NCBI GenBank assembly: GCA_029953675.1
Contig: JAMWBK010000001.1
Location: forward strand, 2,728,001 to 2,792,000
DNA from: Rhodosorus marinus CCMP1338
Lineage: Eukaryota; Plantae; Rhodophyta
Length of the DNA: 64,000 nucleotides
Reading direction: 5' to 3'
Part shown: positions 1-11,894 of the stretch, piece by piece
How positions within the stretch are numbered: position 1 is the first letter of the stretch
Layout of the letters: every line of letters begins with the position of its first letter
Made by a program: the position numbers and the translations under genes
The notes under the pieces: generated by a model
What the model was told of the DNA's origin: nothing
The model's database searches: none
Seen by the model: the letters and a program-made list of their open reading frames with translations, nothing else

Positions 1-532
1 TCAAGGGCATGTGATTTGGAGGTAGGGCGAATCGCTTGGTGAGCTGGTTGCAGCCCACCGTCACCGGTAACTATTTGATTCGGATAGTTTGTTGATGATG
101 ATTTAGGATTTTTTTGGGGACGTTTGAAGGGTCGGAGTGGTGATTAACCAGGACAAGGGCTCAGCTGCAGCACGAGCTGTCTAGCAGTACATCCAAACTG
201 GTAAAAAACCCCAGGCGCCAATATTGATCTCTACGTGTCCAAACGCTCGTCCCTTAATTCTCCTAGAGGGCTGCGTGTCGAAGTCTGAAACCCACTCCCG
301 TGGATTCTCCGGAGGCGAAGTTCCAGCTTAGAGGAATTGTATAGCTCGATCAGTGTACAACGAGTGAACACCATGTTCGCAAGCTTCCCGATATTAAGAA
401 TGAATGTCCAAGTCTCGCTACGCAGAGGGATCAATCAATCAGCCGACGCCTAATTTACGCATTGCGCAGCATTCCTTAGGGATTTATGATATTATACAAC
501 TTGTCCAAGCGCCACACGACAGGACAAGCAGA

Positions 533-2220
533 CTAAGGCTGATCTTTACTCGCGTTGGACCGCTTTCTCAACTCAGCGTTTCTCCGCTGCCTCTCAAGAG
601 CTGCTTCCCTATGTAGGGCTATTCTCTTCAGCACATCTGGCGAGAGCCCGGGCCCTGCCTCCGATTTGTTGATCTGCGAAATTTTTTGAGGAGGAACGTC
701 CAAAACGAATCGATTAGTACAATCGCGCCCTGAAACGGGTGAGGCCGAGACGAATTTCTACCTGTTCATCCTCAACAGAAAGCGCGGGACCTTTGGGAGG
801 CGCTCCGTCCCCAACAAGCTTGTCATCTTCTCTCACAGGCGATAACCGCTCGTGCCCAGGACCTGCTGCAGCCGCAACTTTCTGGTCGGTGTCTTCACAG
901 ACGACGATCATATCCTCGTCCGTGATATCGATTAATTCAGTCTTTGGCACCTCAACAGGAGGATCTGGAAGTCCGCAATCTGGTTTCAACTCCTTAGAAT
1001 TCTGTGTGCCTGGACGTTTTTGAAAAGGAAACAACAGTATGAGACCGACCTCAACAGAACACTTTTCTTCGCCAAGATGAGTACCTTGTTCGGAGGTTGC
1101 AAAGTTAGAGCCCTGTGAAGCCGACCGAGGCCGTTTCCTTGACTTCTCCATGGTGGACCGTGCTCTATCAATCAAGGCTTGGAAAGAGTCGTCCGACGGG
1201 TTATCATTACCAGAGGCTTGCGACTGACTGCCCCTCAATAACGGCCCCAGTCGAGCCTCCGCCTTCTGTCCTCTGATGAAAGAATCCTCTTCTCGAACGA
1301 TTTCTCTTCTGATAACATCCTCCTTCTTGCAGTATCCTAGCTGCTTCCACATGTCTACAGTTGCGTTCCTCCTCACGGCTGTACCGAACCAAGCTTGGCG
1401 GTTTCAGATCGGTTTTCGTCGAGCAACGATCGGATAGATTCCTTCACGTACCGTATTCTCTGTAACGATCCTCCAAAACTTGACGACTTCCATGCGTCCG
1501 CAGTCCTAAATCATGAAGCTTCGACCGTACCTGCGTGTCCTTCATCCCCTTGAACCATATCGATTGCTAAGCGAACAACAAGAGATTCAGCTACGGAAGG
1601 AGACTGGAGAGAAAACTCTCTGGATGGTTCTTCTGTACCATTTCTGCTGGCTTTTCGAACGTATAAGATTCAGTTGGTTCCGGAATTCTCGGTGCTTCTC
1701 CAGAACAGTCACGGACATGCTCCTGAAAGTCGTCCACATGAAACGTTAGCCGGCGACTGCTTTCCTGTGAGAGAGCTCATTTACCTTTAGCTGTTCCTTG
1801 CCCGCGAACTGAATATTACAAAGTGGACAAACAGACTTCTCAGAGGTCGCTATACAACCCATGGCGGACAAAGACTTGACTTGCTGCCATCCTTGAAGGA
1901 AAGGAACCAACGGCTTGAGGTTGATGAAGCTGTTGGTGGACTTCACCCTCGTTGGACACGAGGGACACTTATCAGACTTTTGATACCATCGACGGATACA
2001 GATACTACAGTAGACATGAAAGCAATCCTTGAGCCTGAAACGTTTCCACCGATAGCATACGACTAGTTCAGAACTTGTGCAAAAGCGGACCGCGAAAGAA
2101 GATCAAAACTTACATCATCGGAGTCTCCAGAAACTCCTTACAAATCGCACATTTTAGAGAAGATTCCAGTCGATTCATACACTGGAAACGGTCAGGTTTT
2201 AATTCTTCTTCTTCTTCCAT
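533..2220 (-). CDS. RAD18: RAD18-like E3 ubiquitin ligase (RING + UBZ + SAP), spliced
   Basis: ATG at 2220: MEEEEELKPDRFQCMNRLESSLKCAICKEFLETPMM, intron, DCFHVYCSICIRRWYQKSDKCPSCP (RING). Then CPLCNIQF (UBZ-type zinc finger) and MKDTQVRSKLHDLGLRTHGSRQVLEDRYREY (SAP). Last exon ends ...SKDQP* at about 533. The RING-UBZ-SAP order is characteristic of RAD18. Confidence 0.9.
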
Positions 2221-2355
2221 ACTTCGCCTAGCTCCTCGTCTCTCAGTCCCACAGCGCTTCCATACCATCCATGCACCAACCCACCTTCTTGCCGCTTCTC
2301 AATTCCATATGGGCAAATAGAAGAAATCCTATTACAAAATTACAACCGCAGTATA

Positions 2356-2744
2356 GAAATTATATCCAATCAATACTTCTTATAATCTATTTATTTATAT
2401 AATACATGTAATAGATTTACCAATGAATACAATAGAAGAAAAGTTTCTGATGTATTCTCGTAATGATTCGTTTAATTGGTATTTGTATTTTGAATTTTCT
2501 CAATTAAGTGAAGAACTTTGTCCAATGAGGATGGTATGAGCTTATATTGTGAAATTATATCCAATCAATACTATTTATAATCTATTTATTTATATAATAC
2601 ATGTACTTGATTTACTGATGAATATAATAGAAAAAAGTTTGAAATGTATTCTCGTAATGATTCGTTTAATTAGTATTTTTATCTTGAATTTTCTCAATTA
2701 AGTGAACAGCTTTGTCCAATGAGGATGGTATGAGCTTATATTGT
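2356..2744. repeat. Two-copy AT-rich tandem duplication, unit about 195 bp
   Basis: gaaattatatccaatcaatac...gaggatggtatgagcttatattgt occurs at 2356-2550 and again at 2551-2744 with scattered substitutions. Confidence 0.95.
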
Positions 2745-4891
2745 ATTATGGTACTAAATAGATTGAGGGTGTGTGTGGACGGACTGATTAGGATGGGAAC
2801 GCGATGGGATGGGTAGCGCGCAGCGTTTTTCCGCCTGATATCATGTTCTTGTTATTTGAGGAGCGGTTTCTTGAGGATGTGAATCTTTAGACATAAATTC
2901 ACTGGAATGTGGAGGTGGTGAGCTGGTGGTGGCGGATGGAGCGGCAGTATGGACTTGAACCATTAGAAATTGGTTTGGAGTCGGTCCAGCCCGGCTTGCA
3001 TCTGAGGATCGGTGAAGCGGGTCAGGACGATTTTGGGAAATGGATACCTCAAACTGATGAGAGGATGAACGAGAAGCTGTTATGGGGGACTCTAAAAATA
3101 TATGCCGAAGTTGGTTAAGAAAAAGTTAACGTTCTTTGTTTTAGTTAGATACTTCATAAAACCATAAGATACAACCTGAGCCTAGCCCCTGACGTACTGC
3201 TGCTTGTTCGCTTCATCGCCCCAATTCAACAACCATCCTCATCCACAAACTTACCCGCTAGCAGCCGACGGTACTCTGCCGTGGATGTCGTGGTGGTCTT
3301 GGATGTCTTTTGTCGAGACTCTCAATATCAACGTCGATGACATAAATCGACGTTCCAAGAGCTGTTCTCTCGATTTCGCGAATGCCAGATTCCCTCGGCG
3401 TCTTCCCGGCCGGGCTCGGGACGTCCAATCGCAGGCTTCGGTAGTTCGTCTCGATCCACAAATCGTTACTCGTCTTCATTTCGGTGCTATTTCGTTCTCT
3501 TCTCCTCGTTCTCAAAGCAACCTGCCTTCTCCTTCAGCTCCAGTCTATGACGCACTCTCATATGCCAATGCTGCTTTGACAAGGCTGCGTTGCTCCCGAT
3601 GGTTATATACATATCGAGCAGCTACCCTTTACCCACTCAACAATCCTTCCTCAACGCGCCTAACTTAAAACCAGAAAGCCGGTTCCATAAAAAGAAAAGA
3701 GAAATCCCCAATCGCAATAAAAAACAAAATTCAAGCGCTAAAAATAGATATTCCGGTTATTGTAAGTTCCTCTATAACGTAAGTTGGTTCTTAATTATGA
3801 AACTAGTATTCTATTTCAAAGACACAGTCCACACTTATACCGAAAAAAGCAGGCTTTTGTATAGAATATTGCTACAAAATAGTTTGTGGCCAAATAAATA
3901 ACTGTATTCATTATATATTTTGAACCTTATGAAACAAAAAAGCTCTTACAATTGACAAAATAGGCTTTTTCGAAAACGTATATAATATATTCATAGTTTT
4001 ATAAGTAATAGTGTAGACAAAACCTTAAAAAAGAAGAAATACGGAAATACAATCTTAATGTTTAATATAAATAAATATAAGGGTATATATATTTGGAAAT
4101 TCTTTTCAACTCGACCATTGCAATAACTAATAAAAAACAGGGCTTTACAGTATCCAGAGAAAACAAAAATAGAATATCCATATTATATTGACTGATATAT
4201 ATTATTTATACCATAATTAAAGATAAAATGACTGCCGCCAATTCCTCCCTTACAGCTGAAAGCAAGATGTGGGAAAAAAGATATGAAATATATATTACGT
4301 TTTTAACTGTGAGAACACCAAATTTAGTATTGAGGATCGATCATCCGTGTGGCCACGGTAAATAGTAACGTCATATGATTGGATTATTGTATATGATTTT
4401 ATGTAATAATTAGCGTTTAGTTACTGTTTTTGATGCCGGGAAGTTCCTCTTGTGTGGGGGAGCTGCAACTTCGGGATAGAGGGCCCCTATGGATAGTGTG
4501 GATAGTGGGGGGGGAAGACCGAAAAAAAACAACAGAACATCTGCGCTCGGACAGAGGTTGCGTTTGTCGAAAACCAGGGGGTGAGGGGAAGGCTGGTGTT
4601 GCCAAACATAGTGTGCTGAATTGTTGTCTATACGCGTCTCGGGTTTTTTTGATGAATTTCTCGCTGGGTTCTTCAAAGAATATAATTATGTATGGATGGC
4701 TCTTCAGCAAACCGAACTTCGGTGCTCCATCTTCCGCTGTTCGTGTCCAGTTTTAGTTTTACCGGGCCAAAGGGAAGTACTATTAGAGGGTTTCCATCTG
4801 CTCGTGACCCTAGCCGTGGAAGTTTGAGCCGAGAGGCTGGAGGGTGGAGAAATTGTGAATTGTATGGTTTTTTTTTAATGCTCAATAGCTC

Positions 4892-7800
4892 TCATCTGAA
4901 AAACAGGTTGTGCTCGTCGGTTGAGATGTGCTTGGTGAGCTCTTGATAGCGTAGGCAATGCTTCCAACCTTCCAAATCGTCCGTTACTGACGACAAATAC
5001 GGGTCGAGGCTGCGTCTCAGCTTGTAGGATGATATTGATAGAATACTTTTCCTGAAATGGAGAGAGAAGATTGATCAGGTTCAGGTATTGCTTTCTCTGT
5101 AGATTGGACCCTTGAGCAACAGAATATCCACCTGAGAGCAAGAGTCGTCAAGATGTCGATCTCGCGAGTCCAAATACGGACACTGTCTTGACTCTTCACC
5201 GCGGCGGCCTTGCTACGCATGGAGAGCACTTTCTCTGTGAAAGAGCCAATTGAGTTTTCCGCGAAGTGCTTGAAAAAGTGCGAAAATGTTTGGGAGGGAA
5301 ATCCCCTGACCGCGGCGATCTCTGACAAATAGCAGGACAGCTTCGCCAGCAACACAAGAGCCGCCTGAAACACGTTCACCCCAATGGTCAGATTCGAGTT
5401 GATCTTCTCGTCCAGATTGATAACCTGCAACTGGTGTTGATGGCAGGAACGATGTCCATGAATCAGACGATAGCGCGTCGCTTGCTATAGGAAGCACTAG
5501 AAAGATACGCAACAACCAACCCTCATGCAAAAGCTCTGCGAAACTGCCGCTGTCCACAGAGTTTCTCTCCATCCCGGTCCTGAATCGATTCGGATCGTGT
5601 CTCTAATTCTGCAAGACTTGAAGCGCGAGTAGTCCACTAGAACTTCCATCGAAAACGTGTCGATCAGGAGCCCACACCACGGGATTTTCACTCTGAATTC
5701 ACCGGTGGCGTTTCTGTCGCGGTGGAGATGAACACCCATAAAAACGCATGTGGTAAGTCATCTACTGCCTCGGCGTGATCAAAGGAGACCTAAGCCTTAG
5801 GATATCGACAAACCCGTAGTTTACAATGCTCTTCCTCTGACTCATCGCTGTGCCATACTCGCTAAACCCCGCGGTCATGAGCTTGGTGTAGCCTGTAAAA
5901 GCCTCCTGAGACGCCGTCGCCAGGAAGAAGTCGTCCACGAAACGAAGATTGACCGACGGACTGCTGATTCTCGTATAGTCGGCTAGCTCAGTCGATCGTT
6001 CTAGATCCGCGTAGTACATGACGGCTAGCATAGATGACAGCGGCATACCCTGAAAGGAGGTAGACCAGTCGATGAGCTTCGTTGTGCAGGCGCCGCCTAC
6101 CAATGTACTGAGGAATGCTTACCTGCGGAATCCCAGTGCTCTGTAGGTGGAACTTCCCGTTCACATCGACGAGGTTCTTCAGGATGACATGTGAGAGCGC
6201 TTGAAGCACATCCAAGCGCGATATATGAAGTACACTCACGTCATCTACCAACACACTCGAACGGCTCTGTTCACAGATCTTGTTCCGAGCCAAGCGAAGG
6301 AAAGAACTTTCCTCTTGATTCTCCGAAACGACAACCTTCCTCGCCCAGCGAACTCCTATGACGTACGAGAGACGCGCAACCCTCGTCTGAGCAGAAGCAG
6401 CACGAAGCGGATCCTAACATTCTTGCGAACCAACCCTTTCTTCTCGATATCCAGTTGAACTTTCTATACCGGAGAACGAGATAGTCCGACCCTTTGATCA
6501 ACCTCGGGAGCACGTCGAGAACCAATCGCTTGCTCAGAATCGTATCAAACGAGCTCACGACATCGAACTTTGCAGCGAACATCCTAGGCTTTCCAGCTCT
6601 CCTCCACTCATCGCTGAACGACAAGTACCGCCTTACCAAGTGGGGGAACCATGTGCTTGGTCAGCTGCAGACTCATTGAGACTCCAACAAGGCCAAGTCC
6701 GTACCTGTATATCTCTGCCCGAGTACCGACATTGGAGCCTCCAAGAGATCGAATCTCGTGCCTAAGTATAGCTCCCAAGTTCCTCCAAAGGGAACGGCTG
6801 GAGTAGTAAGCGTACTTGCTGCCCCTATCCACATTGTCCATGAGATTGACCTGTGCCATGTCGCAGGGTGAGGGTTTCGTTCTCAATTAAACTCATTGCC
6901 TGGGTCTCAGCTGATCTGTCCTGTTCATTCCTACCTGTAGAGCGCGGACGCCATTGGCCTTCGGGATCCACCGAAGTTTGCTGTACGAAAAGTACAGCCC
7001 ACGGTCCAATCGTTCAAGGCGAATATGGTCCTTAGTGCGGTGATCAATTTCCCTGAACTTGTCGTTTAGAAGCGTCCGCGTGCTGCAGAAACGAATATGT
7101 GACCAAATCGGACGACGGTAGTACGTAACCTTCATCCTCGTCGTTTCTCGGTCGCTGCAGTAGAACACTGTCTTCAGCAGCGTGCTCAGAACTCGGCGGA
7201 AGATCCAGCAGATGACACTACGCAACATATCCTTGATCCACAGCAACCAAAGTGATAGGCTCAGCTCAGAATCAAGGTACGTGGTCAGAACCAATCCTAC
7301 CTTTCTCCAGACGAGGTCCTCATGACTGCAAACTCCGGATCGAGCGTCAGAGATAGATAGCCAGTGGACTTGACTGACCCGCATTCTGTTAATCAGCGGG
7401 GCAATATCCATCGAGTCATATTTTCTGAGGCTCACGAAGGTTGAGATCGCTCGGCGGAGCTCGATCCAGTTCCCCGAGCAGCCGAGAAGTTCCCGGGGTA
7501 GTACTGAAGCACAAGCCGAGAAGAGGAACTTTCCCACTGACTGTGAGCTGGTCGTTGCGCGTATGAGCGAGGGGACGTCAAGGTCTGGGTGCATGGAAGG
7601 AAGCAACTGGTTTTCTCAGCGCTCGAGAGGATTGTCAACCTCCCCTTCCCCCCCCCCCCCATCAAACTGAATTCCGTGCGAGTACTAACCTGTCCGTATG
7701 AGCCCTTTTCGCCTTTGTTCCGGTCTACGCGATAGTGAACGCCTCGGATTTCGAGAAACTGTCGCTGAACAGATGAAGAAGCTCGGCAAAGTCAGCACGA

Positions 7801-9745
7801 GTGGTGAATAGATCCATGCCAGAGGAGCCCGCTGGACGCAACGAGATCGCTTCAGAGGCTCCCGACGTGATGAGCTTGATTGTCTTGGCCGTGTTCGGGT
7901 TTGTAACAGTTCAGAGCTGAAATGTCGGGGGTCGCTTCCCAGTTTTCAACTGCGTCCTATCTCAGACCAGCCGTCGTGATCATCCGGGAAGCTAATGGCG
8001 CCCCCCTTGGGCTCAGTGAAGCACTTACTAGAAGAGGACAACGAGATTGCTTCTGGTGACTCGCCGTAGAGATAATCGCCTTCGCGATTTTGACTATCGC
8101 CCGCAGCATCGTCGGTGTCTGGGAAGGCGTTTCCATGCTGGGATTTAGCACTACTTTCCTCGTCTTCAGTCGCCTCACTCTCATCTGGAAGCAAGATCAG
8201 AACAGGATAAGATAAGTCGCACCAAGTGAAGAAGGAAGGGCAAGCTGGTGATCTTTTTCCTCACCAGCTCTAAGATGTTGTGGGATAGGGCAGTGCTTGT
8301 GTAGGATATAAGAAAGGTCCTTCTCTGCAGACCTGTCCAAGACCTGGGTGAAATTCCGTTCCGTATAGTAGCCACCGACTTAGAAGCACAAAACGCGAGC
8401 GCAGCTCGAGAATGTGCTCACTGCAGAGTTCACAGGATTCGAAGCTCTCCGCTGTGTCGTACCTGCTTGAGAAGTGTCACCAGCTGCTCCAGCCTCCGTC
8501 TGTTCTTCTTTGTTGCTCTTAAGTGGCGTCCATTCCTCTTGCCAAAGATTTGCGTGAAAAGCTTGAGCGCGTTCCGCTTGGATCCTCGCTTTCCTCGACC
8601 TAGCGGATGTCGGCTTGGGAAAATTCCTATTCGTTGTGGAAGGGTTCGGTTCTCAGTCTGGTTCTCAAGACGGGTTGACAATGTTTCGGCTCCAAGACTC
8701 ACCCCGAAAGCCTTCCTTTTCGGAGTATTTCAAGTCGCCCTTGTACAAGAGCGGCAGCTTGTTCACAATGGTAGGCGAAATTTTGGTAACCTTTCTTGCT
8801 CCACGGTTGGGGGGGGGGTTTCGCTTCGAAGGTATGTCGCCCGGAGGTTCCCCCGTGATCTGAAAAAACGACACCTTGGCCGCAGTTGACCTTGGGTGAA
8901 CCGTTTCTCCTCCTACGCGGGGCCCGTCGTGCTCGCCCGGTGCTAGTGGAACGTGAAGGCAGCTCTTCGTGAGTAAGAACATCATAGCTTGGCGTCCGAT
9001 GACTTCGAGAAGCAGGCCGAAGTCTGGAGACTACGACGAAGGAAGTAAGACAGCGTGAGTGCCCTGGGCTACGCTTTTTGAATCCAATGGTCCATCGATC
9101 AGTTTCCTACTTTCACAATGGCCACAGCGGTGCTCGGCGCTCGCGGACTGATGCCGTTCAGCGGTCCACTGACGCCATTGCTGGTGTCTGAATAGAAACC
9201 CAAGCAGAGAACATTTTGAGGCCGCTTTTGTTGTTCGAAGAGTCTGATCAAGGCCTTGTCAACGACCTATGGGAAGCCCGATTCAAGCGTTTGGGTTTAG
9301 AGCGGAGCCAGGCTGGCCATGTCCGTACTCTGCTCTAATTTCAATCCGTTGTTGTTCACCTCGGTCTGCAGATTTCTGGTCATCGTTCCGGGCTGGGCGT
9401 CTGGTGGCTTCAACTGATCTCTGTCGTGAAAGGATACGAGCATGCTGCTGATTCGTTTCTGAGGATCAGCGAGAAGCCCGTTGTCGCTGTGCAGACCAGC
9501 GTCCGGCCAGTTCGTCGCCGCATAGTCGCGAAGCGTCCAAGCGGATGGGAAAAACCTCTTGACTGTTCTCAACGTCGCCTCATCGCTGCCTTGCGCGAGA
9601 GTCTTCCTCAGAGTCGAGATTGAACCAGAACACCAGAGTTTAGAACACTCTTTCAATGAACTTGGTAACTAAAACGTGGGTCCATTCGTTTTCTGTCTCT
9701 CACCTCTCTTTGCCGCTTCAGGGGTCTTCCACACCCTAGAGCCAT
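4892..9745 (-). CDS. TERT: Telomerase reverse transcriptase (TEN, TRBD, RT, CTE), multi-exon; start codon ambiguous (9745 or 9583)
   Basis: TEN: RFFPSAWTLRDYA, NVLCLGF, LLLEVIGRQAMMFLL. QFP-like: SVGKFLFSACASVLPRELLG. T motif: LLKTVFYCSDRE...YYRRPIW. Motif 1: LRWIPK. A: AKFDVVSSFDTI. B': GIPQ|GMPLSS, split by an intron. C: LRFVDDFFL. D: GFSEYG...RKSIVNY. E: IPWCGLLIDT. Probable stop at 4892-4894 (HNLFFR*). Confidence 0.97.
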
Positions 9746-9999
9746 ACCTCCAAAGCAAGACAGATCCGCTCACAGCCAGCTGATAGCGCTGGCGAGGAAG
9801 CTGCCTCATCAACCGGATGCTATCATCACAGGACGACGTCAGAAAGAGCTTCTGAATTCAGAATCCCGTCGTCTCATCTTCGTCAGTTGCTGTCGGAGCA
9901 ATGCTAAAGCGTCGACCTTCCTGATTCCCCATTTAGTCGATCATCCAGCTCCATCGACTACCAAGAAGCAAAACTAGTTTAGGAAGACAAAGTCCTTGA

Positions 10000-10462
10000 T
10001 CAGTTCTATGATACAGTCAACGGTTGAGATCTTGCTGTTCATCTACCAGACCGCTGGTACGCTACCCTTTCATCTATGTAACCAAGGTTAGGCGATTAAC
10101 TGTGTTGCGATGTATCTTACTTTAAATGCACAGTTGGATGGGCTGGGAGACCTCTGCAAACGACGAAGAGAGGAGACAGATAGAAACCGAACGGACGCAC
10201 ATTGTAGTTGCGAAGGAGTCGCATAAGAGTTTGAACTCTCTGGTTCTCTGTTGTCCATTCACAATCTCGACTCCGGCTCAAACTGTCCAACAAGGCCGCG
10301 ATGAGAGGAGTGTTGAGAACCGTCAACAAGTTCTTCCCACCTGCTTCGACGCTTCGTAACTATGCGGCGAGCAACTGGCGGGACGATGCTCGTCATAGTG
10401 AGGATGGTCTTCGATCATCTGAAAGGGAATCTGGCTTGGAACGACTTTGGATGATTCGCTGA
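10000..10462 (+). pseudogene. Diverged inverted partial copy of the TERT 5' region, with a 53-aa ORF at 10301-10462
   Basis: Plus-strand MRGVLRTVNKFFPPASTLRNYAASNWRDDARHSEDGL aligns with minus-strand TERT (DEAT)LRTVKRFFPSAWTLRDYAATNWPDAGLHSDNGL. Nucleotide similarity continues upstream and is clear for 10160-10410 vs 9700-9480, weaker out to about 10010 vs 9830. Confidence 0.9.
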
Positions 10463-11820
10463 CCATCCCCACGTTCGCTGTTCAGCCTATTCAGGTTGCA
10501 GCGTTTGCTGCCCTATTGAGTTTGCTTTGTCTTGTCGTTCCGTCGTAGAGGCTAGTTGTTGCTTTACGTGCACGCACGTAGAAGAAGGAAAGTTTCAGCT
10601 TTCTCGGTCAACGAATTGCGAAGGAGCTCTTTGATCTGGACGAATCAAGCAGGACAGTTCAAATGTGACTACTGGACGAAGGGATGCGATTCCGATACAT
10701 AGAAGTAATCTGCCCAGATCAGCAAGGACTACCACCCGTGAGAGCAATCCATCGGGGAAACAGAAACGCGAGATGCAATCCCCGGTCTTTAGGTTGGGAA
10801 TCGACTACCTCTTTTGGAAAGGAAGGAACTTTTAAAGTTAACAGTCGGAGAGCCACGTGCACGTGTGACTCATTACCCTATGACGTACTAGCCATCGGCA
10901 CCGCTGCTGCCTGTCCCGCATCGCAAGTTGGTCGTGGTTTGCCTTTGAGAAGGAAGCCGTCGATAAGGGGGCCCGCTCAGCGTTTTGGGTCGAAATTGCC
11001 GATAGAGGGAAGCAGACCGCCTTGTCGTAGTACCATTTTCCAAGAGAAAACCACGACCATCTTGAGGATGACTTTGCCGCAGGCCCTCTGATGAACTAGC
11101 CATGCTCGTCCCAACGACAACCGCAAGACCGCCGTTCAGCCTCTTCCTTCAACGCAGGCGACCCGAGGCTAAAGCAGGAGGGTCCTTGAGGGCGACTAGG
11201 TAACGGTATCTGGGGTCCAGGTGTAGGCTCCACCCAGACGACCTCCGGTGCCTTGTCTTCCTCTTCACCCTGTCCCTCCCAATGACAAACATCGTATATA
11301 CACTGGCATTATACGATAGGAGGAAACTAAATCACCAAATCCGGCTTTTACAAAGTATATATGTAGAGCTATATAGGTTAGACAATTATATCGTCTAAAT
11401 AGATATCGACGGCGTGCTCGACGAGATTTCCATCTCTAAATCGAAACCCTTGAAATGTGAACAAGACGGCAAGAGGAGGAGATTACAGCGAGCTTAGTCT
11501 GGCATGGTACTTTATAGATGAATCAGAGAGAGTTTAACATAGATCTCGTCTCATGGCCAGTCCAATTGAAAGGTTTCCATTCATCAGCGGTCCCAACAGA
11601 CCAGAACAATTTGCGGTGGTCGGAAAACCACCAACACCGCTTGAGCCAAGAACAAGACCGCGAAAGGTTGAGTTAGAATGTCATTTTTGCTTCTCTAAAT
11701 GATTTAGAAGATCAGTCTACCTGCTGTCGTCTCATAGCTAGTCAGTTTAAATGCTTCCCATTCATCGGATGTCCCCCTGAATAGGGACGACGTGCGGAAG
11801 AGGAGGAAGGAGGGCGGGAG

Positions 11821-11860
11821 AGACAGAGAGACAGAGAGACAGAGAGACAGAGAGACAGAG
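11821..11860. repeat. Microsatellite (AGACAGAG)x5
   Basis: Direct reading, just upstream of the RimO ATG. Confidence 0.95.
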
Positions 11861-11894
11861 AGAGAATTCAGCTTAGGTTCAAGAATTTTTAGGA

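Noticed and set aside
9289-9300. ctaaacccaaac (minus strand) in a TERT intron, resembling a plant telomerase RNA template
   Set aside because: Does not match CTAAACCCT, lies in a roughly 90-nt intron, and has no supporting structure.
10888-11290. Minus-strand frame with a single in-frame TGA (selenoprotein or readthrough idea)
   Set aside because: No redox motif or SECIS seen, and the composition is not protein-like.
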